Below are positions 52,990-64,000 of a stretch of DNA of 64,000 nt, one piece after another (position 1 is the stretch's first letter; every line of letters starts with the position of its first letter). The stretch is from Hormiphora californensis (Eukaryota; Animalia; Ctenophora). The DNA is taken from NCBI GenBank assembly GCA_020137815.1, contig CM035357.1, positions 2,728,001-2,792,000 of the forward strand, in the 5' to 3' direction. Both the position numbers and the translations under genes were made by a program. Under the pieces are notes generated by a model. It was given only the letters and a program-made list of their open reading frames with translations. It was not told where the DNA came from and ran no database searches.

Positions 52990-54134
52990 GGCAGGTCGGT
53001 AGAACTTCGACAGAATTTAGGGTAGGTCAATTTAGGGTAGGTCTGAATTTAGGGTAGGTCTGAAATCTGAATTTAGGGTAGGTCTGAATTTAGGGTAGGT
53101 CTGAATTTAGGGTAGGTCTGAATTTAGGGTAGGTCTAAATTTAGGGTAGGTCCGTAACGGATCGTTTATCAAAGCATTGCAATTCGACATTAGGTTCTGA
53201 TTAGGTCGCTGAACCGCGTCCCGTACCGTATCTCGTATCAACTCATTTCAATTCGATCTTAGTCACCGATTAGGTCGATGAACCACGTCCCGTATCTCGT
53301 ATCAACTCATTTAAATTCGAGGTTAGACACAGATTAGGTTACTGAACCACGTCCCGTATCTCGTATCAACTCATTACAATTCGAGGTTAGACACAAATTA
53401 GATGACAAACGAATTGTTGTTTTTTTTTCTTCTTAAACAGGCTTCAACTCAGAATGGAACTTTTAAGTTAAAGTCTACGTGCATAAACTTATCAGTGAAC
53501 AGCCTAACAGTCCTAATTTCATTTGATGCGATACGGAACGTTCCGTATCTCGTATCAACTCATTGCAATTCCATCTTAGTCACTGATACTAAGTACTACT
53601 TAAAGTAGGTGAACTGAGTTAGGTCGGTAGACTGTGTTCCGGAACACAGTCTACCGACCTAACTCAGTTCACCTACTTTAAGTAGTACTTAGTATCAGTG
53701 GCTAAGATGGAATTGCAATGAGTTGATACGAGATACGGGACGTGCTTCAGCGACCTAATCTGTGTCTAACCTCGAATTTCAATGAGTTGATACGAGATAC
53801 GGGACGTGGTTCAGCGACCTAATCGGTGACTAAGATCGAATTGCAATGAATTGATACGAGATACGGGACGCGGTTCAGCGACCTAATCAGAACCATAATG
53901 TCGAATTGCAATGCTTTGATAAACGATACGTTACGGACCTACCCTAAATTTAGACCTACCCTAAATTCAGACCTACCCTAAATTCAGACCTACCCTAAAT
54001 TCAGATTTCAGACCTACCCTAAATTCAGACCTACCCTAAATTCAGACCTACCCTAAATTCAGACCTACCCTAAATTCAGACCTACCCTAAATTCAGACCT
54101 ACCCTAAATTCTGTCGAAGTTCTACCGACCTGCC
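52990..54134. mobile_element. MULE/foldback-type palindromic element with 9-bp TSD
   Basis: CAACTTGGT|GGCAGGTCGG...CCGACCTGCC|CAACTTGGT; spacerless centre GACTGTGTTCC/GGAACACAGTC at 53640; 17-bp AATTTAGGGTAGGTCTG arrays and ~63-bp subrepeats in both arms. Confidence 0.9.
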
Positions 54135-54691
54135 CAACTTGGTTACGAAGTCACCCCTATATTAATGCGGAGGGGTAATTTCATTACCAAGAAGTCAACC
54201 TTGAGATCATTTGTTGAGTACTCAACAAGAGATCCTTGACGCCTTTTTCAAGAGTGCTCCATAGTTTGCCCGAAGGACCGAAATCAATGAAGTTTTCAAA
54301 CATGGTGCCAGGGCGGAAAGTAAAATTCTTACTCCAAATGAGCCTTTTATTGCATTTGTTAATGGTTTAGTTTTGAAAACTCACAGAACACGTTCACTTA
54401 TCCAGTATTTTTCAAGGCTCAGGCTTCTGAAATCATATTTTCGATATGGGTCTGGCGATACAGATCAGCCCTGGCATCAGATCCCAAGATCATTTAACAG
54501 CATTCAGCTGGCTGCTGGATCCCATGCGGCATGCCCAACTCCCAATAGTAGAATTACAAGAATTACAAGAATTACAAGAATTACACGCATCAAGAAAATA
54601 CCAGACGCAGATGTCCGCGTGTGCAACCTCTTCTGTGTGTGGTATCCCTGGTATTGCGCACGGTCTCTTCTGGATGGGGTGCTCTCCTGGT

Positions 54692-54826
54692 CCTGGTGCG
54701 CTCTTGAGTCTTGGACCTGGTGCGCTCTTGAGTCTTGGACCTGGTGCGCTCTTGAGTCTTGGACCTGGTGCGCTCTTGAGTCTTGGACCTGGTGCGCTCT
54801 TGAGTCTTGGACCTGGTGCGCTCTTG
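54692..54826. repeat. 24-bp tandem repeat x~5.5 (subterminal array of a TIR element)
   Basis: CCTGGTGCGCTCTTGAGTCTTGGA repeated, followed by GCTCTTGAACTTAATTATGGTTC as at ~24960. Confidence 0.92.
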
Positions 54827-55783
54827 GAGGCTCTTGAACTTAATTATGGTTCACTATAGATTGGCCAAAAACGTCGAAAACATGTGCTAAAAAGTATGTG
54901 AAAATCAAAAAGTAAAAGGGTCTGCTTGCCATGCTACGCAGTTTTTCCAGTGCCCATTCGGCGAGTTCAGCGCTTATGCTCGCCCTTCAGGACCGCGTAC
55001 TGCGTAAGCTCACGCATCACATCGGGCCTTCTGTCCGGTGTGAGAGCCGACAGACCTGTATGGCGGCGCAATACCCCATTTGATTCGACAGTGCGCTCAG
55101 ATGGGTCGCGGCGCCAGACAGCGACAGACTGGGAACTAGGGAACATGTTTTTTTGCAAAAGCCGGGGTACTGGGAACATGTCGAGAGTTAGTTAGAGAAG
55201 TTGTCATACAGCAGCTTCGGCGCTTCTCCGCTAGTTTCATTGCCTCTTTGTCATTTGTATCATGCAACTCAAGGCTAAACCGAAATCCGAATCTTTCGGT
55301 GGATAAAAATCAAAATCGAAAAAATCAAAATCGAAAACCAACTTGTTCGAGCTCAGCTCCATTTTTGCTGTTGAAAAAAGGCGCGACCGCAAAAACTTTT
55401 GATACTACGATGCATTTCAATTTGGCGCGTGCGCGCGCACAAAATAAATTCAAAGCATGAATTTTATTTCTTGACAGCAAAGTTTTTTAACCGCAAAGAA
55501 CGGGCGCGATTATAATCTGGGTGCCTTGCAGCGTGTTTACAGGTGCGCGCTACCAAAAGAGTACACTTAGACCGACTTTTTTCAAACGGCTATAGCCACG
55601 CAACCACATGGCCAATTTGAGTAAACTATACTCCATTTTTTTTCAACTGTTCACCCCCCAAAGTCGTGCGCGGAATTTTTTTGCGCGTCTATCACATGTT
55701 AACGTGTAGCGCGCGCAGCGTAAATTAAAATATCGCACGCGCACGAGTTGGAGGGTGAACAGTTGAATAAAAATGGACTTTAA

Positions 55784-57159
55784 AGGGATACTGACATATT
55801 CAAAAAATTTTGACTTTTTCAACGATCCTGGGTGTGGTAACTGGTTGGGAGATAAAAATAGCATTAGACGAAGTGCGAACTCTCTACTCCCTCTCGTTCT
55901 CAAGATATAGGGCCCCACCTTTTAGCACTTCGTAATTGGTTATGGTAAAGGGGGAGAGTTGTATTGCAAATTACATGTAAACACGAGTCTGTTTATCTGT
56001 CAATATCTCAACTTTCACATGCACGATTTTGACCGGATTTTTTTCTGAAAGTCAGAAATGTTTTGAATTTTTAGTATTTTCATATGATGTATCAGAATGA
56101 CCAAGAAAATCAGTAAATAAACAAGTAAACTTTGCAGGTTGAGGTGAACTGGAGTGCATTGTCAATTAGACCCAATTATGGTCAATTAGGGCACTTTGCC
56201 GACCTCTGAGGACTTGGAAAAGTTGCTCATGCGATTCAACGTATCAAAATTAGTGTGTAAAGTGCCCTCACGTGCGATCTTTCAGCATTTCCAGTTGAAA
56301 ATGCATTTATCGCCAATTAGACTGAATTATGCTCAATTAGGACACTTTCTTCACCTCTGACGGCTTGGAAAAGCCGCTTACGTGATTCAGCGTATCAAAA
56401 TTAGTGGGGATAGTGCTCCCACATGAATTGATAGCGTTTTCATGCGATAAGTTACAGTTATGATCAATTAGACTCGATTATGCTCAATTAGGGCACTTTC
56501 TCCACCCCTGAGTGCTTGCCAAAGTTGCTTACGTGATTCAACGTATCAAAATTAGTCGGGTATAGTGGTTTTGCCTTTTATACCAATTAGTTGCCTAAAT
56601 TTTTCAGTTTATAGTCTCCTAGGATACAATATTCATTTCAGGGCTGAATAGTTAATAACTATTGACTATGTTATTGACTATGGGCTAAATATTAACAACT
56701 TGTATGTAAAATTGAGGAAATACAGCCAAATTTGATTGACATTAGTTACTGAATACCATGATAATATTGTTCTAAGAGGGCATACATTTCAAAAAAATCA
56801 CCGTCTTGCTTAGTTATAGTTCTATCTATTCATGACAAGTCTAGAGACAAATGGAAACCAAAAATGGAAACTAGAAGTGGTCTTAAAGTTTTTAGAAAAA
56901 ACCCGGTCAAAATTGCATGTGTATTAGCTGAGATAATGACATATAAACAGGCTCGTGTTTACCTGTAATCTGTAATGCTGGTCTCCTCCTCTTACCATAA
57001 CCAATTAGTGGGTGTTAATATTTGGGACCCTATATCTTGAGAAGTAGAGGGAGTAGAGAGCTCGGACTTCGACACAATGTATTTATTCTCTCAGATGACG
57101 TGATTGAGCAATGTATTATTAAAATTTGAGATGGTCGATTTCAATATGTCAGTATCCCT
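55784..57159. mobile_element. Kolobok-type non-autonomous element
   Basis: TTAA|AGGGATACTGACATATT...AATATGTCAGTATCCCT|TTAA; diverged ~270-bp inverted arms; three ~150-bp internal tandem units (56160-56560). Confidence 0.85.
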
Positions 57160-57746
57160 TTAAACGGTAACTGATAGAGAATCGATAGACCTAACCGGTA
57201 ACCCCAAACCAAACCCTAACCAGACCCTAACGGATAGCCCTAACCCGTCGCGCGCGCTAAAACTACGAATTGTTAGCAATGAAAGGCACCCAGATTTTAA
57301 CGTTTTCCGCAAAGAACACGTCGCGCCTCGCGGTGCTCAGGTCCTGCTCAGGCCCTACAGCTTGCTCTACCGACTACCATTGGCCGTTATGACAGGGGAT
57401 GGGATTGCACTTGAATTCCTTTATTTAGAACTTCGCCCAAAACCTGACACAGTGGTCAGTACCGGTCGCGGGCCGCGGCTAATCTTGTAGTAAAACTAGC
57501 CGCTTTTGGAGCGAGGGCTGTTGGGGATGAAAGAGGATGGAATGATGAATTTTTCTTCCTCCAACAGCAGAACTTGTGCTGAACCGTAAAACGGACAGTT
57601 AAAGAGCGGACTATAAATGTTTATTTTGTATTGTATTGCATTGTATTGTGTACCAGCCCTGCACCACCCCTGTCCTGGCGCTCTGTTTTTATCTTGTCCC
57701 GTTGAAGCCAATGATTAACTGTTCACAATCAAATGTATCCCTAGAT

Positions 57747-59474
57747 ATGACAAAAGAAGGTCTTCACAAGTGGGTATGTCCAACGGACCGAGAACTCTGT
57801 CTCCGATCAAAATTAAACAACGGAATGGGGTGGAGTTACAAAAGCGTCCAGTCGGGCTTCAAACAGACCAGCTCCAAGGACACTTTTGCAAAGCACGAGC
57901 TCGACAAAATAGAAGAGGTAATTCAGCGACATAACGAGATAGTCAAGTTAGAGGAAGAGAGAATCGGGAAGTTGATGGAACGATTTGAGAACATAAAATG
58001 CAGTCAAGGTGACGGGTCTAAAACGTGTTTGTTTTGTGCCACCAGTTTCGGTTTCCTCAAAGCCAAGCCCTTCCGATGTCATCTGTGCCAGAGAAGCGTG
58101 TGTGGGAAGTGTAAAGTTGAAACAGAGAAACGTCCTGCAGCAATTCCACAAATCTTGTGCCGGGTTTGCAGCGAGTACCGGGAGATCTGGAAGAAATCCA
58201 ATGCCTGGTTTTTCCATGCCATTCCTAAATATGTCGTCCCCCCAAAGATACCAAAACAGCCGCTTTTCAAAAACTCGCCCATTGCAAGCAAGGCAATGAT
58301 GGAACGTCGACTGAAGGACGGCAGTTTCACACCTCCCGAATACAGTAGTTCCACCTCTGAGGAGGAGACGGAGGACAGTGACAGTGATATCTCGGAGGAC
58401 AGTGAGACTGAGGAGGAGCACGATGATGGGGAGGGAGACGGGACATCCCTTAGTGCCGGCCTGCCCTGTGAGGAAGACCAAGTAATGGATATTATTGAGA
58501 GTGAGGAATTTAAAACAGAGGATACAGACGCTGATTTGGAGACAGGAGAGTGTGGAGCGATCAAATTCTCACTACAGTATGACCCCATTGAACAGATGCT
58601 GAATGTTAACATATTCTCGGGGCACAAACTCAAACCCATGGATGTGGGGGGAACCAGTGATCCATACGTAAAATGTAATCTGATCCCTGGGCGCCTAAAG
58701 GCTACCAAACTGAAAACCTCCAGAAAGGAATGTGATCTGAATCCGGTTTTCAATGAGAAGCTAACGTATCACGGAATCTTTGACTCTGATATCAACACAA
58801 AATGCCTGAAACTGACTGTTTTGGATTACGACCGAATGACGAAGAACGACAAGATAGGCATTGCGACGGTATCTCTTGCCGGCCTGGAACCTCAACAGAA
58901 ACATCATTTCAGGGAGGTACTCCGGGAAGAAAAGGAGGAGGAGGAGAGGGGAATGGATGGTTCCGCGGGGGCTTCCGGGGATCCGGGACGGATAAAATTA
59001 TCCCTTCACCACCAAAACGGGGAACTGAAAGTTTCCATTCTCAAGTGCTCAATGTTGATGGCTCCCGGCTGTGATGCCCTTCCAAATCCGATAGTGAAAA
59101 TCAATATTAAGCCCTCCGCCAAGCGGAACCTCTACAAGCGGAAAACAGACGTCCTCAAGAAGACGTCAAATCCGGAATTTGGTCCAAAAGCGTGCTTCAC
59201 CTATGACATCTCCAACATAGACATTGAAAGTTCTGATCGGTGCCTGGAGGTGGGGGTCTGGGACTGTCATTTCAAACGTCAGACTCTCATTGGTGGAGTG
59301 GTCCTGGGTAAAGAATCGAGTGGAAATGCCCGGTCTCATTGGATGGATGCCCTCAGCTCTTGTGGACACAGGGTCACCCGGTGGCATATCCTGGAGGGAC
59401 ACTCTGAGCATAATGTGTTCTTAAATGATCACCAGTCATCCGTAGAGCTGCCAGATCAACCGGTGTCAGGTTAA
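57747..59474 (+). CDS. RPH3A: Rabphilin-3A-like protein (Rab-binding Zn-finger domain + tandem C2), intronless CDS
   Basis: WVCPTDRELCLRSKL..GWS; EEERIGKL; CLFC/CHLC/CGKC/CRVC; WKKSNAWFF; C2A MDVGGTSDPYVK..NPVFNE..LDYDRMTKND; C2B ..KKTSNPEF..RWHIL. ATG at 57747 follows a TAG acceptor-like site. Confidence 0.88.
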   Translation: MTKEGLHKWVCPTDRELCLRSKLNNGMGWSYKSVQSGFKQTSSKDTFAKHELDKIEEVIQRHNEIVKLEEERIGKLMERFENIKCSQGDGSKTCLFCATSFGFLKAKPFRCHLCQRSVCGKCKVETEKRPAAIPQILCRVCSEYREIWKKSNAWFFHAIPKYVVPPKIPKQPLFKNSPIASKAMMERRLKDGSFTPPEYSSSTSEEETEDSDSDISEDSETEEEHDDGEGDGTSLSAGLPCEEDQVMDIIESEEFKTEDTDADLETGECGAIKFSLQYDPIEQMLNVNIFSGHKLKPMDVGGTSDPYVKCNLIPGRLKATKLKTSRKECDLNPVFNEKLTYHGIFDSDINTKCLKLTVLDYDRMTKNDKIGIATVSLAGLEPQQKHHFREVLREEKEEEERGMDGSAGASGDPGRIKLSLHHQNGELKVSILKCSMLMAPGCDALPNPIVKINIKPSAKRNLYKRKTDVLKKTSNPEFGPKACFTYDISNIDIESSDRCLEVGVWDCHFKRQTLIGGVVLGKESSGNARSHWMDALSSCGHRVTRWHILEGHSEHNVFLNDHQSSVELPDQPVSG

Positions 59475-60904
59475 CAATGTACTGTTATTCATGGTTACCA
59501 TGGTTACCATTATGAGACGTTACCATGGTTACCATTATAAGACGTTTATTATTGTGTTGCATGATATTTTTGAGCAATTGTCACTGTTAGAGGGTTGAAA
59601 TGGAGTGTGCATGTTCAGAATTTTCCTCAGATCTGCCAGTGGTCAATGTTAAAAGTGTTTATTTTTGTTTAATTTCTTTACTAATAATATGTTAGATGAC
59701 AGTGCAACATACATATTCCGATGTTAGTCTCATGATTACAAATTATGTATTGCTTGACTAATATTGGATCTCTTGTTGAGATGTTCCAGTATCAATTCCC
59801 ACTCGAGTACTGTTTGACTAATTTATTGATCACATTTATTCATTATAATTTCTCACTGAATATTATTTCGGGCTGACCATTGTAAAAGAAAACTCGTTTT
59901 ATTTTCTGTGCTCTCTGCTGAATGGTACCCCTTCTCTCATTCCGTCCTTTATCTTCAAAATCTCTCTTCTATTTTTTGTCTCTCCTTCCTTCTCTTTGTC
60001 TCCCTCCCCCTCTCCCACCCCTCGGCCCTCTCTTAGCAAACATATGTAGAATCGTCGTCTCACTGCAGCACTTTACATAGTTGACGAATAAAAAGAAGCA
60101 ACTGCTAAATACCTTTTTCATGCTATTAGAACTTTTTTCGAGTACGGCGTACGCTATAAATAGTAAAATAGCATACAATGTAGAAAAGTGTAATGCCCCT
60201 CCCCCCACTCAGTATAATACATCTCTGAAAGTACACACTGTGTTGCAAATTACGGTCCCCCCTCCACCCCTCCCCACACACATTCCTGTACTAATTACCT
60301 CAGCCCCACTTTCACATCATACTATTATTAAAGCAAATAGGGAAATGATGGGTGATGGTTTTTTTACCAAATATGGCACAAAATTCCTGGAAATGGCCTT
60401 TTGCACGTGTTGTCCCTAGAGGGACCCTGGCAACCTGCCAGCTTGAGCCTTAAACTGCACGTGCATCCTTGATTCATCTCTCTGCCGGTTGTGTGATTGA
60501 TCGTTTGCTCGATTTGATCTGTTCACCCCCTGTTCACCACGTTTCGTGAACATGACTACTCAACTTCAACACAATCGCCAGCGAGTTTGGAGGAGCCATA
60601 TGTCCCAAACTGGCGCTGACGCCTATTATAGACTACGTGATAGAATCCTACAAAAGAGGTGATTATTATTCAAAAAATGTTGTCAACACACGTAATAACA
60701 AAGTATCAATGGCACTAATAATGGCAGTAATACGTGAAAGTATTTTGCAAATGTGCTCCTTCATAAAATACTTCAGGACCTGGCAAAAGAGGACCCGTGG
60801 TTTTTCTGTCGAAAGAATCGCTGTGGTTAATTTACCTGATAAATTTACTGATTTAAAAAATTTCAAATGATACTACACTATTTGCTTAGTTTACTGTATG
60901 ACCA

Positions 60905-60949
60905 TTGACCATCCCCGACATTCGCCCGTAGGGCGAGCGGGCTTACTAG
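60905..60949 (+). mobile_element. Helitron-like 3' end
   Basis: Hairpin TCGCCC-GTA-GGGCGA followed ~10 nt later by CTAG|T; 5' end not located. Confidence 0.5.
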
Positions 60950-61261
60950 TAAATTACAAAGCGAATATGTGTTACACATGTGCACTAACAACTAAACGCC
61001 CCTTTAGCAGTGCAATCTATCATAGCCAGTGTTGTAGTCACAATTCATTGTCCACCTCAAACTACTACACTCATTTCACGGCTCACCCTCCAGTCTCCAT
61101 GATCCTCTAACAATACAAGTTGAAATTGTTAAGTTTACTACCGTTTGATCCTGATTGAGTGTCTGTTCACAGACTGGCCTGATTGAGTGTCCGTTCAAAG
61201 ACTGGCCTTTTTATTCTCTAGAGACTCTGGTTAGAACGTTTCCGTATTTGGCGTATTAGAT

Positions 61262-61952
61262 GGGGGGGTTCCCATGGTATACTTTGGTATACTTTGGCAC
61301 TTTCCACAACTTTTTCAGCGATTTTCCATATGCCAAAGTATACCAAAGTATACCAAAGTATACCAAGGTGTACCAAAGTATACCATAAAAATCTTGAAAA
61401 TGGTAAAATTTAAGCGATAAGATAAAATAATTAACTAAATTTGTAAAACTACATCCTTATTTCGTTATAAGTTGGTAATATAACGCTTATTAAACCGATT
61501 TTTACGTTTATGTTACATCATCCGGCTAGTGCTCAAGGCTGGCCACTCAGTGGCCAGGGTTCGATTCCCGGTGAAGACAATTTTTGAAAATTTTTTGGAG
61601 ACTTTACCAAATACTATTTGAACATTTTCTTAACTTTTTAAAAAGTTTTTTATCATACTCAAATGGGTCCCAATTTGTCAAACCCCAGTTTTCTGACTCA
61701 CCATTTTATAGGCAAAATATTTTTCCTCTATTCTATGAATTTAGCCTATTTAGCACCAATGTCCAATTTTATGAGTTAAGAAAGTTTATACAAAATGTTT
61801 TAAAGTGTAAATTAACACTTTAAAGTACGTAAAGCTATTAAAAAGATATGGTATACTTTGGTATACTTTGGTACTTTCCACATAATTTTTTGGGATTTTC
61901 CATATACCAAAGTATACCAAAGTATACCAAAGTATACCATGGGAACCCCCCC
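61262..61952. mobile_element. MITE with G7 termini, 8-bp TSD and GGTATACTTT subrepeats
   Basis: TATTAGAT|GGGGGGGTTCCCATGGTATACTTTGG...CCAAAGTATACCATGGGAACCCCCCC|TATTAGAT; the 5' ~125-bp module recurs at the 3' end. Confidence 0.88.
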
Positions 61953-63464
61953 TATTAGATCCTAACTCACATATCATATGTCATTAATCACTTTATTTAT
62001 GCATCTGGCTAGTGGCTTTATCTCTCTCCGCTCTCTTACCGACCCCTCTCTCTCCCCCCTCCATTCTCCATCCCTATCTCTATTTTCATTTCTCCATCTA
62101 TCTCTTCATTTCTCCATCAATCTCTCCCTTTCCCTCCCTCCCTCCCTCTCTGTATAGTGTGACTAATGTAATCCCAACTACAGCGACGTAACAGGACTAC
62201 TACACTGGCTCACAGGAGAACTATTACTCTTTTCCAGGTAAGTCGAGTTGGTTACGAAGTCATTTCCAGGTAAAATCTTACCTTTGGTTACGAAGTCACC
62301 CCTCTGTGGTCTCGCGCTGAGGGGTAATTTCGTTACCAAAGGTAAGAGAGATACTGAGAAGAGGGAATGAAGAGGTAGAATGGGGGAACATACACTTTGA
62401 ATCGTGATGTTTTATGTTAATTCTAGGAACTAGTGGAGGGTTTTAGGAACTACATACAATGTAGAATCATTCTCTTCTTTTTCTGTACAATTCTTCTAAA
62501 ATCTAAACATGTAAATATTTTAACTTAATCAATTATTGGTCCTTTTTAGGCTTAGATATTATCTCTCTTATTTTGGCTAGCTTCCAACTTTACTTTAACC
62601 ATGCAAATCGTTTAGTTTCTTTTTGGGTATCGCTTGAAAGTGAAATATGTCAGTCGTCAGATAGCGACAGTCGGATCAGTTAAACTCTATATCGTATGAA
62701 GGATGGTTAATATCTCTGTCTGTGTTTATGTGTGTGTCCCTCTCTCTGTCCCTCTCTATGTACCTCTCTCTCTCTCTCTCACTCTCTCTCTCACTCTCTC
62801 TCTCACTCACTCTATCGCTCTCTCTCTCTCTCTCTCTCAAAAGTAAGTATCTCTCTACCCTCTCTCTGGGGTGGTTTTGCTGATATTGACCTCCATTCAT
62901 CGACTGATACTACACACCCTGCACTCTGCTGCAATAGCAGAGATATTATTATGCAGAGTGACGAGATGATATTGAGAGAGGAAAGGAGATACAGGGAGAG
63001 ACACAAAGAGGAAGCATGGAGAGAAGGAGAGTAAAGACAGATCTTGGTGGATAAACATCTAGCTTGAGTAGTGTATATTCACCCGCCCAAAATGCATTCT
63101 ATTGAACACGACAGAGACAGGGTAGTTACTGGTTCTGTACCGCAGAACGATAGCTCAGCTCTGCACTACGGAACGGTAGAGGACTACTTTAGTGATCATT
63201 CAAAAACACAGGACAAATGTATGGTATTCGACATTGCACTCAGGTCGGGTCTGCACCGCCAGACTGCGATGTTGCGGGCATGTAACTCTTTTCTCATGTC
63301 TCCCCATTCTCTGGTATACTTACTTGGTCATTGGTCATTGGTGGGTGGTCGCATGAGAGATTCTGCGATAAAAGCCGTATTCTACCCTGTGTTACGCATT
63401 TTACTAAGTTGTTGTGTAGTAGCTGTTGTTGTACCTGCGACCTGCGTAAGTGTATTGAGAGACC

Positions 63465-63541
63465 CAAGTAAACAACCAATCAGAACTCGTTATTTAGGTC
63501 ACGTGACTGGTTATCAGCCAATCATGGACCAGTATTTCCTG
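63465..63541. repeat. Short interspersed repeat with inverted CCAAT-type boxes around CACGTG
   Basis: CAAGTAAACAACCAATCAGAACTCGTTATTTAGGTCACGTGACTGGTTATCAGCCAATCA; recalled as a very abundant Pleurobrachia repeat; lies between ~45-bp direct repeats (63417-63466, 63551-63591). Confidence 0.6.
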
Positions 63542-63938
63542 TACTATACAGTAGCTGTTGTTGTACCTGCGTAAGTGTATTGAGGGACCCACGAGAATAG
63601 CATTTTCTGAGAACACTGCAGTTGTTGCCGCTGTGTGTTAATCATCTTTCTCTAGCTCTCTCTCTCTTTCTTTCTCTATCTATCTCCCTGTTCCTCTCCC
63701 TCTCTCTATTATATGCGTGTCACTCCGGGTCCTATCCCCTAGAGCTCTCTCTCTCTCGATCTCTCATTCCCTCTCGTCGCACGTATTTCTATAGTGTCCC
63801 TGACCGTGGGCATTGTATACGTCATGAACTACTTATTATAGCAGGGCCCAGGGCGGGGGTCACCGATTAATTACCATGGAGCTTGGCTAGCGAAATACGG
63901 GGTGGGGAAGATAGTGAGATAGAGATAGAGAAAAGAAG

Positions 63939-64000
<62 letters not shown>

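Noticed and set aside
53015-53152. Telomere or interstitial telomeric array (TTTAGGG)
   Set aside because: 17-bp unit inside a TSD-flanked foldback element, mirrored on the other arm.
57948-58753. Long antisense ORFs overlapping rabphilin (also 19256-19948 over Dong)
   Set aside because: Shadow frames of real coding sequence with no recognisable motifs.
61520-61582. Functional tRNA gene
   Set aside because: B-box present but no convincing acceptor stem or cloverleaf; lies within a MITE.
63071-63574. 167-aa ORF
   Set aside because: Includes the interspersed repeat (SKQPIRTRYLGHVTGYQPI) and a local duplication; no domain evidence.

Overview
Eukaryotic (animal) genomic DNA: intron-rich, full of (GA)n microsatellites, MITEs and LINE fragments. 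The short repeats (e.g. CAAGTAAACAACCAATCAGAACTCGTTATTTAGGTCACGTGACTGG at ~63465 and the TACAGTCGG...CCGACTGTA mini-element) resemble ones I recall from cydippid ctenophores (Pleurobrachia/Hormiphora); this assignment is inference. Host genes reconstructed by hand from exons: a frameshifted, truncated secreted fascin-like beta-trefoil protein that may have carried an aerolysin-type domain (8809-9584 +); an F-BAR/HR1-like/C1 protein (~9945-15045 -); a small unknown spliced gene (~16974-21799 +); a trypsin-family protease with an atypical S1 pocket (25658-27368 +); a cathepsin L-like protease with 2 ShKT domains (28534-32836 -); a large WD40 gene (~33227-52422 -); and a rabphilin with an intronless CDS (57747-59474 +). 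Mobile DNA: CR1/L2-type, RTE, R4/Dong and CRE non-LTR retrotransposons; Kolobok-, MULE/foldback-, ISL2EU- and Tc1-type non-autonomous elements. Most notable: (i) a ~6 kb intronic mosaic of unrelated transposon fragments, all recognisable ones antisense to the host transcript (piRNA-cluster-like); (ii) repeated tandem duplication of splice junctions; (iii) a Dong-type element sitting inside a (GA)n tract; (iv) a candidate pore-forming toxin gene. Exon coordinates are manual and approximate; no database searches were run.
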